64,000 bases of DNA from a bacterium (GTDB lineage: Bacteria; Krumholzibacteriota; Krumholzibacteriia; LZORAL124-64-63). Made by a program: the position numbers and the translations under genes. The stretch covers positions 1 to 64,000 of the forward strand of contig JANOEP010000044.1 of NCBI GenBank assembly GCA_031441465.1, in the 5' to 3' direction. Below are positions 57,619-64,000 of the stretch, one piece after another. How positions within the stretch are numbered: the stretch's first letter is position 1; every line of letters starts with the position of its first letter. Under the pieces are notes generated by a model. It did no database searches and was not told where the DNA came from. It was given only the letters and a program-made list of their open reading frames with translations.

Positions 57619-58257
57619 ATGAATAGAACGACTTTCCTGGTTGATGGCTTCAATCTCTATCATTCATTGCGCACGGCGTCGGAGGAAATGGGCGGCGCTT
57701 CGACGAAGTGGTTGGACCTGTCCAGCCTCCTGCGATCCTATCTGCCGAACATCGGCGGCGGTGCGCAGGTCGAGCGCATTTACTATTTCTCCGCGCTTGC
57801 CACACACCTGGAGCAGCGACAACCGGGCGTGACAGTTCGCCATCGCACCTACATCGAATGCTTACAGTCGACAGGCATCATCCCGGTTCTGGGGCGCTTC
57901 AAGTCAAAGCAGGTCCATTGCAGAAACTGCCAGCGCCAGAGCGTGCACTTCGAGGAGAAAGAAACGGACGTCGCGATATCGACGAAATTGCTCGAGGTGC
58001 TCCATCTGGTCGCAGCAGACACGGTGGTGCTCGTTACCGGAGACACGGATCTGGCGCCGGCCGTCCGTACCGCGCGGTCGCTGTTTCCGGCCAAGCGCAT
58101 CTGGTTCGTCTTCCCGTACAAACGGAAGAACAACGAGCTTGCACAAATCGCCGACGGCTACTGCTACATCCGCAAAGAGCGCTACAGGCAACACCAATTC
58201 CCTGCGACCGTGACATTGGCCACCGGCCGAACCATTGACAAGCCCGCCGCATGGTAG
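57619..58257 (+). CDS. NYN-domain (LabA/DUF88, PIN-like) ribonuclease
   Basis: FLVDGFNLYH, YYFSA, EEKETDVAI, LVTGDTDLAP acidic catalytic motifs intact; lower GC than flanks. Confidence 0.9.
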   Translation: MNRTTFLVDGFNLYHSLRTASEEMGGASTKWLDLSSLLRSYLPNIGGGAQVERIYYFSALATHLEQRQPGVTVRHRTYIECLQSTGIIPVLGRFKSKQVHCRNCQRQSVHFEEKETDVAISTKLLEVLHLVAADTVVLVTGDTDLAPAVRTARSLFPAKRIWFVFPYKRKNNELAQIADGYCYIRKERYRQHQFPATVTLATGRTIDKPAAW

Positions 58258-58272
58258 GACCGCGGACGGGGC

Positions 58273-58731
58273 CTAGTCGCAGGGGGGGCAGCCGCGGTCC
58301 AGGATGATTTCCCAGCGGCCCGCGGCGGTGCGGCGCCAGGTCGAAGTGAAGAAGCCGGCGGGCGAGCCGTCGGGGGCGGTGACCGGGCCGCTCGAGAGGC
58401 CCAGCTCGCCCGAGGCCAGCACCGCGACGTCCAGGGGCGACCAGGCGAAGGGGGCCTCGTCGCCCTCGAAGAAGCGCGCCCAGGCGGCGGCGACCGTGTC
58501 GCGCCCACGCAGGAAGCCCTGCCCTCCCAGGAAGACCGCGTCTTCGGCCAGGAACGACGTGAAGGCGGCGAGGTCGCGGTCGGCCATCGACTTGGCGAAG
58601 GCCGTCTCGGTCGCCCGCAGCTCGGCCTCCAGCGCCGCGACGTCGAACGGAGCTTCGTCGGCTGCCAAGACAGCGGGGACGAGCAGGACCGCGAGCAAAC
58701 CCGCGATGAGCAGATGGCGGATCGTCGTCAT
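58273..58731 (-). CDS. Exported NTF2/SnoaL-like (DUF4440-type) protein
   Basis: ETAFAKSMADRD..F..F.AEDAVF...GR..V...W; F.STWRR...W.I.LD. Confidence 0.8.
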   Translation of the reverse strand: MTTIRHLLIAGLLAVLLVPAVLAADEAPFDVAALEAELRATETAFAKSMADRDLAAFTSFLAEDAVFLGGQGFLRGRDTVAAAWARFFEGDEAPFAWSPLDVAVLASGELGLSSGPVTAPDGSPAGFFTSTWRRTAAGRWEIILDRGCPPCD

Positions 58732-58908
58732 GGGAACACCACCCTGACCTGAGGTGACCGAGCTGCAACTGTTGAATGAGGTCAATATAGGTCCCGGAGC
58801 TGGATTTGTCCGCGCCCGAAGGCGTTGCCGCAGGGGCGGGGCGGGGTTATCCTGGATTCCGCAACGAAGCTGGAATACCGGATGACCACCTCAAGCGAGG
58901 AGAACGAA

Positions 58909-59493
58909 ATGGCGCACGTCCTGCCCGACCTCAAGTACGCGAAGAACGCGCTCGAGCCGCACATCTCGGCCGAGACGCTCGAGTACCACCACGACAAGCA
59001 CCACGCGGCCTACGTCACCAACCTGAACAACCTGGTCCCGGGCACGGAGTTCGAGAAGCTGTCGCTCGAAGACATCGTCCGCAAGGCCGCGGCCGGCGGC
59101 GTCTTCAACAACGCGGCCCAGGTGTGGAACCACACCTTCTACTTCGACGGCATGGGCCCCAAGGCCGGCGGCGCGCCCGCCGGTGCGCTGGCGGCGGCCA
59201 TCGACAAGGCCTTCGGCACCTTCGCGGCCTTCAAGGAGCAGTTCGGCAAGGCGGCCGTCGGCAATTTCGGTTCCGGCTGGACGTGGTTGGCGAAGAACAG
59301 CGGCGGCGGCCTCGAGATCGTGAGCACGAGCAACGCCGGCTCGCTGATCACTTCCGACAAGACGCCTGTGCTGACCATCGACGTCTGGGAGCACGCCTAC
59401 TACATCGACACGCGCAACGCGCGGCCCAAGTACGTCGAGAACTGGTGGAACGTCGTGGACTGGAACGTCGCGGCGAAGCACTTCGGCGGCTGA
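58909..59493 (+). CDS. sodB: Superoxide dismutase, Fe-type
   Basis: LEPHIS.ETLEYHH.KHH, FNNAAQVWNH, DVWEHAYY. Confidence 0.93.
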   Translation: MAHVLPDLKYAKNALEPHISAETLEYHHDKHHAAYVTNLNNLVPGTEFEKLSLEDIVRKAAAGGVFNNAAQVWNHTFYFDGMGPKAGGAPAGALAAAIDKAFGTFAAFKEQFGKAAVGNFGSGWTWLAKNSGGGLEIVSTSNAGSLITSDKTPVLTIDVWEHAYYIDTRNARPKYVENWWNVVDWNVAAKHFGG

Positions 59494-59509
59494 CCAAAGG
59501 CGATCCGCG

Positions 59510-60418
59510 ATGACCACGACCGAGCGGCCGGCGCCGCCCCACTTCCTGGGCATCGGCGTCGTGCGCGGCGGCACGACCTGGCTGTGGCGTCAGATCGGGT
59601 TGCACCCGGGGGCCTGGATGACCCCGGTCAAGGAACTGGACTACTTCAACCGCCTGTACCCGGTGGTCGGTGGGCCGCCGGGCGGCGAGGTCGAGGTGGT
59701 CGAGGGGGTGGACCCCTGGCGCGAGACGCTGCGGCGTCTGCGCTGGGACCGCCTCGGCCGCTACCTGCGGGGCAACGACCCGGCGACGCTGGCCTGGCGC
59801 TGGCGTTTCTACCGGGGTCGCCCCGGACCCGAGTGGTACGCGTCGCTCTTCGCACCGGCGCGCGGCCGCGTCACCGGCGACGTCACGCCCCACTACAGCG
59901 CGCTCGGCGACGAAGGTGTGCGCCACGTCGCCGAGTGCTACCCGCAGACGAAGATCGTCCTGCTGCTGCGCGACCCGGTCGCCCGCGACTGGTCCCACGC
60001 CGCGCACTTCCTGGGCTTCGAGCGCGGCCGCCCGGTCGCGGACCTCACCGAGCGCGAGATCCTCGACCACATCCACGATCCCTCGACGCGGGCGCGCGGC
60101 GACTACCTGCCCATGCTGGCGCGGTGGGAGCGGCACGTGCCGCCGGAGAGGTTCTTCGTGGGGTTCTTCGAGGACATCCACGAGCGGCCCGACGAATTGC
60201 TGCGCAGCCTGTGGCGTTTCCTGGATCTCGACGACGACCCGGTGCTGCTGCCGCCGGGGCGCGGGCGCAAGGTCAACGCCGCCGGCGGTGGCGCGGCACC
60301 TCCGGCCGTCGCCCGCCATCTGGCCGAGCTGCACCTGCCGGCGCTCGAGGCGCTGGCCGGGCGGTACGGCGGGGCGCCGGAGCGTTGGCTGGCGCGAGCA
60401 CGCGGGTTGCTGGTTTGA
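59510..60418 (+). CDS. PAPS-dependent sulfotransferase
   Basis: PHFLGIG..RGGTTWL...HP, KELDYF, GDVTPHY, LLRDPVARDWS. Confidence 0.85.
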   Translation: MTTTERPAPPHFLGIGVVRGGTTWLWRQIGLHPGAWMTPVKELDYFNRLYPVVGGPPGGEVEVVEGVDPWRETLRRLRWDRLGRYLRGNDPATLAWRWRFYRGRPGPEWYASLFAPARGRVTGDVTPHYSALGDEGVRHVAECYPQTKIVLLLRDPVARDWSHAAHFLGFERGRPVADLTEREILDHIHDPSTRARGDYLPMLARWERHVPPERFFVGFFEDIHERPDELLRSLWRFLDLDDDPVLLPPGRGRKVNAAGGGAAPPAVARHLAELHLPALEALAGRYGGAPERWLARARGLLV

Positions 60419-60465
60419 TAGAACTGGACGGGTGAAACAGGCCTCCCAGAAGGGAACGCAGGAGG

Positions 60466-60999
60466 GTGAAGGACTCAGGTCGTGAACTGCGCGTAGGAGA
60501 TGTGGAGCAACGAATTCTGTTCATTCGTGGTGAGAAGGTCATTCTCGATGCGGACCTTGCTGCCTTCTATGGAGTGCCGACGAAGCGGCTGAACGAGCAG
60601 GTGAAGCGCAACAAGGGACGCTTTCCTGCGGACTTCATGTTCGAACTGACTGGTATCGAGAAAGACGAGGTGGTCGCAAATTGCGACCACCTTTCTAGAT
60701 TGAAGTACTCCAAGGCTTTACCGTACGCTTTCACGGAACATGGCGCCATCATGGCCGCGAGCGTGCTCAACTCGCAACGAGCAGTCGAAATGAGCGTGTT
60801 CGTGGTGAGAGCATTCGTCAAGCTTCGGCAAACGGTTCTTCAGCACGCCGAATTGGGCCGGCGCCTGGAGGAGCTGGAACACCGGCTCGGCTCGCACGAT
60901 CAACAGATTGTGGCTCTGGTGGAGGCAATTCGGCGCCTGATGAGTCCCGCGGCCGTGCCCATGCGGCGACGGATCGGTTTCGGGGGTGGCGAGCCCTGA
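60466..60999 (+). CDS. ORF6N-domain DNA-binding protein
   Basis: IRGEKVILDADLA.FYGV.TKRLNEQVKRN..RFPADFMF; PYAFTEHG; RRIGF. Confidence 0.9.
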   Translation: MKDSGRELRVGDVEQRILFIRGEKVILDADLAAFYGVPTKRLNEQVKRNKGRFPADFMFELTGIEKDEVVANCDHLSRLKYSKALPYAFTEHGAIMAASVLNSQRAVEMSVFVVRAFVKLRQTVLQHAELGRRLEELEHRLGSHDQQIVALVEAIRRLMSPAAVPMRRRIGFGGGEP

Positions 61000-61108
61000 C
61001 AGGCGCATGAACCTGTCGAAGGCTCTGTCACGGATCCGGCTTGCGCCAGATCCGCGCCAACCGGTTTCGCCGGCCACCTTCGCTGGTCATGCGCAGCGAT
61101 ACCCCGCT

Positions 61109-62008
61109 TCAGCGATGACACCACCAGGCGACGCCCTGCCCGGCCAGGAAGGCCTCGGCGTCGCGTCCGTGCAGCATCGCGACGGTCGCCAGCACGCCGG
61201 CCTCGGTGCAGGTGGCGGCCGCCACGGTCACCGCGCGCGGGGCGTCGCGCACCGGCCAGCCCGTGCGCGGGTTCAGGAGGTGGCCGTAGCGGACGCCGTC
61301 CTTCAGCAGGAAGCGACGGGCGTCGCCGCTGGTCGCCAGACCCCCGCCTCTCATCTCCAGCACGCGTTCAGCGTGGTCCTCGCGACCCGGATCTTCGACG
61401 CCCACACGCCAGGCCGCGCCGCCGCCGCGCGGGCCGGTGGCGCGCAGGTCGCCGCCCAGATTCACCAGCGCCGCGGCCGGCGCCGCCGCGGCCAGCAGCT
61501 CGGCCGTGCGGTCGGCCGCGTACTCCTTGCCGAGACCGCCGAGATCGATTTCCATCCCCGCCGGCAGCGTGATCTCCGGGTTGCGCCACACGACCTTGTC
61601 CCAGCCGACCAGCGGCAGCAGCGCCTTGACCCGGCCGCGCGACGGCAGCCGGTCGCTGCCGTCGAAGTTCCACGCGCGGCGCAGGATCCCCGAGGTGACG
61701 TCGAAGCGGCCGCCGCTGAGCGCGTGGCAGCTCGCCGCGAGGTCGAGCAGCCGGGCGGTCTCGTCGTCGACGCGGACGGCGGCGCCGCCGGCGGCGTTGA
61801 TCGCGTGCACGGCGCCGTCGTCGCGGTAGCGGCTGAACTTGTGTTCGATGCGGAGGGTTTCGGCGGCGGCGAGTTCGGTGAGACGGCGGGCCTGCTCGAC
61901 GTCGCAGCCCTCGAACAGGACCTCGCAGGGGCCGGCCATCGCCGTGAAGGTCCCGGCCTGGATGTCGCCGCGGCGCTGCACGGCAATGATCATGTCAGGA
62001 ACTGTCAC
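61109..62008 (-). CDS. apbE: FAD:protein FMN transferase
   Basis: FDVT, IDLGGLGKEYAAD, VNLGGD, ATSG, GHLLNPRTG. Confidence 0.9.
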   Translation of the reverse strand: MTVPDMIIAVQRRGDIQAGTFTAMAGPCEVLFEGCDVEQARRLTELAAAETLRIEHKFSRYRDDGAVHAINAAGGAAVRVDDETARLLDLAASCHALSGGRFDVTSGILRRAWNFDGSDRLPSRGRVKALLPLVGWDKVVWRNPEITLPAGMEIDLGGLGKEYAADRTAELLAAAAPAAALVNLGGDLRATGPRGGGAAWRVGVEDPGREDHAERVLEMRGGGLATSGDARRFLLKDGVRYGHLLNPRTGWPVRDAPRAVTVAAATCTEAGVLATVAMLHGRDAEAFLAGQGVAWWCHR

Positions 62009-62009
62009 G

Positions 62010-63272
62010 TCAGGACCCGAACGAGTAGCCCAACTGGAAGATCCAGGCATCCACGACCGGGAACAGGTCGAAGGACGCCAGGTCGCCGGGCGCGCCTGCG
62101 GGGTGCCCGTCGCCGGACTGGCGGTAATATTCCACGCGCGCCGTGACGCGGTGGTCGCGGCCGACGTTGCGCCCGTGCTCCAGCCCGAACGTCCAGCCGT
62201 CGAACGCGCCGAGCCGGTAGTCGGCCGTGGCGTGGTCCGGCAGCGCGGCGCCGTCGAGCAGCCAGCGAGCGTAGAAGTCGGCGGCCGATTGGTGGTAGAA
62301 GCGCACGTGGGGCTGCAGGTACTTGTCGCCGCCCAGCTCGAGGCGGTCGCGCAGTTCGAGGGTGTGGGAGACGATGCCCCAGTCGTCGGTCATGAAGCGG
62401 TAGGACAGGTCGACGACGCCGTGCGGCAGCTGCCGCTTCGCGCGGCCGAAGAGGATGTGCTTGGTGCGCGCGTCGGGGCGGTTCTCGAAGAGCTGGTCGA
62501 CCGGCGCGCCGCTCGTCGGGTCCACCACGCTGACCAGCTTGTAGGGGTCGGTCTGGTAGCCCGTGACCCGGCTCAGCGAGTACGTCAGCTGGACGAGGGT
62601 CGCGCGGTCGATCACCTGCACCAGCCCGAGCATCGCGTCGGCGACGTTCTTGCTGCCGTCGCCGGCGAGGCGCGGCAGGTCGGCGCCGACCGGCGTCATC
62701 GAGGCGAAGGGGATGGGGCGGCCGCCCTCGGGCGTGACCGTGTCGCGGGAGAAGGAGACGCCGGCGTTCAGCGTGCGGTTGCGGCGGTCGAAGTCGCGGG
62801 CGATCGAAGCGTTGGCGCCCATCGACGTGTAGTCGTGCTCGCCGGAACCGTAGAGACCGGCCGTGGCCGTGGACAGGCGGCCCAGCGGCAGGGTCAAGCC
62901 GCCGCTGACCGCGACGCGCGCGTCGCGGAAGGTGTCGTCCAGGGGCGTCTCGCCGGGCGCGGTCGAGTAGCTGCCGCGGCCCGAGGGTCGCGTGAAGGTC
63001 TGGACCGCGGCGCCCGGCACCGCGCCGCTGGCCGAGGCGCCGGTCAGGGCGTCGTAGACGACCTTGAAGTTCCCGAGATACCCGGAACCGAAGTCGTGCC
63101 GCGCCTGCAGGACGGTCTCGAGGGCCGAGACCCGGTTGGGCTCGGCGTAGCCGAGGATCGCGGTCTCGACATCGGTGGCGCGGGACGTCGCGACGCCGCC
63201 GACGCCCGCGAGCGCGCAGGCGGCCGACAGCGCGCCGCGGATCGAGCGGTAGGTCCGGTCAGTTGCAGCCAC
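62010..63272 (-). CDS. DUF3570-family outer-membrane beta-barrel protein
   Basis: DALTGAS, ETPLDDTF.D.R, E.DY.S, Y..DDWG..SHT, ADYRL; C-terminal YSF; start overlaps the DUF4266 stop. Confidence 0.8.
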   Translation of the reverse strand: MAATDRTYRSIRGALSAACALAGVGGVATSRATDVETAILGYAEPNRVSALETVLQARHDFGSGYLGNFKVVYDALTGASASGAVPGAAVQTFTRPSGRGSYSTAPGETPLDDTFRDARVAVSGGLTLPLGRLSTATAGLYGSGEHDYTSMGANASIARDFDRRNRTLNAGVSFSRDTVTPEGGRPIPFASMTPVGADLPRLAGDGSKNVADAMLGLVQVIDRATLVQLTYSLSRVTGYQTDPYKLVSVVDPTSGAPVDQLFENRPDARTKHILFGRAKRQLPHGVVDLSYRFMTDDWGIVSHTLELRDRLELGGDKYLQPHVRFYHQSAADFYARWLLDGAALPDHATADYRLGAFDGWTFGLEHGRNVGRDHRVTARVEYYRQSGDGHPAGAPGDLASFDLFPVVDAWIFQLGYSFGS

Positions 63273-63492
63273 AGCCGCCACCCCCGAACCCGGCGCCGCC
63301 GGTGGACGCTTCCTTGCTGAAGTAGATGTGCTCGTCGAGGGCGGCGGTGACCGGGTCGCCGTCGAGCCGCATCGAGCGCTGCGCGAGCAGGTCGCGCTCC
63401 CAGGGCTGCACGCCCAGGCTGGCGCAGCCGCCGAACAGCGACAGGGCGAGCACGGCACCCGCCGCGATGATCGACCTATTCCTTTGCCGCAC
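63259..63492 (-). CDS. DUF4266-family small lipoprotein
   Basis: GGC lipobox, VQPWER..LA, HIYFSKE..TGG.G.GGGGCGCN. Confidence 0.85.
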   Translation of the reverse strand: MRQRNRSIIAAGAVLALSLFGGCASLGVQPWERDLLAQRSMRLDGDPVTAALDEHIYFSKEASTGGAGFGGGGCGCN

Positions 63493-63976
63493 CGGGGACT
63501 CCTTCGGCCAGCAGGGTCTTGATCTCGGTCTCGACCTCGGCGGTTTTCTTCGGGTCGAACCCGACGTGGCTCGCCCTGAGTTTGCCTTGGCGATCGATCA
63601 GGTAGCTGGCCGGCATGCCCTCCAGGCCGTAGGCGATCGCGAGCTTGCCCTCGACATCCCAGACGATCTGCAGGTCGCCCCCGAGTTCGGCGAAGAAGGC
63701 CTCGGCGGCCTTGCGCTCGTGGTCCTCGTTCACCATCAGCACGGTCAGCCCCTGCTCGCCGTACTTCGCCTGCATTTCGCGCAGCCAGGGGAAGGACGAC
63801 CGGCAGGGCTGGCACCACGAGGCCCAGAAATCCACGTAGACCACGCGGCCGGCGTAGGGTTTCAGGTCCAGGGCGGTGGGGGTCGGGACGCGCGGGCCGT
63901 CGAGGCCGCCGGCGGAAGGCAGGGAGGCGAACACCAGAACGACCAGAACGGTGAACGCAAGCACGGCCCTCTTCAT
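63476..63976 (-). CDS. TlpA-family thiol-disulfide oxidoreductase
   Basis: VDFWASWCQPC; MPASYLIDR. Confidence 0.9.
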   Translation of the reverse strand: MKRAVLAFTVLVVLVFASLPSAGGLDGPRVPTPTALDLKPYAGRVVYVDFWASWCQPCRSSFPWLREMQAKYGEQGLTVLMVNEDHERKAAEAFFAELGGDLQIVWDVEGKLAIAYGLEGMPASYLIDRQGKLRASHVGFDPKKTAEVETEIKTLLAEGVPGAAKE

Positions 63977-64000
63977 GACGGGCTCCTTTCGGCGGATGCG

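Noticed and set aside
63259..63492. GGGGCGCN peptide as a second RiPP precursor
   Set aside because: Matches the DUF4266 lipoprotein pattern in its usual DUF3570/TlpA context; no maturase adjacent

Overview
GC-rich bacterial chromosomal window. Many secreted proteins end in either a PNPFNP/FlgD-Ig C-terminal domain or a short WGxxKxxY tail, which suggests a Ca. Krumholzibacteriota/Latescibacterota-like lineage (inference). Left part: two copper/heavy-metal efflux blocks (partial cusA with metal-binding accessory genes; TolC-CusB-CusA) and a decayed third cusA 3' end. Between them lie an ECF sigma / anti-sigma / TPR-CHAT protease module and a giant secreted HExxH protein. Middle: a mosaic cluster of secreted paralogues, a two-gene RiPP locus (CxCxCxCxC precursor + radical SAM/SPASM maturase), two more ECF/anti-sigma pairs, late menaquinone (futalosine-type) genes, parvulin, TrmJ, an HTH + nucleotidyltransferase TA-like pair with a palindromic operator, and a tandem triplet of secreted paralogues. 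Right part: rlmD, NlpC/P60, thiI, M1 aminopeptidase, pgi, sat, a NYN nuclease preceded by a promoter-hairpin-terminator leader, sodB, a sulfotransferase, ORF6N and a TlpA-DUF4266-DUF3570-ApbE flavinylation cluster. No CRISPR array, rRNA, tRNA or transposase was recognised. Top candidates for undescribed systems are the alternating-Cys RiPP, the WGxxKxxY C-terminal signal (8 proteins), the NYN + short structured RNA module and the membrane-anchored CHAT/ECF cascade. All family calls come from motif recognition by eye; no database search was run.
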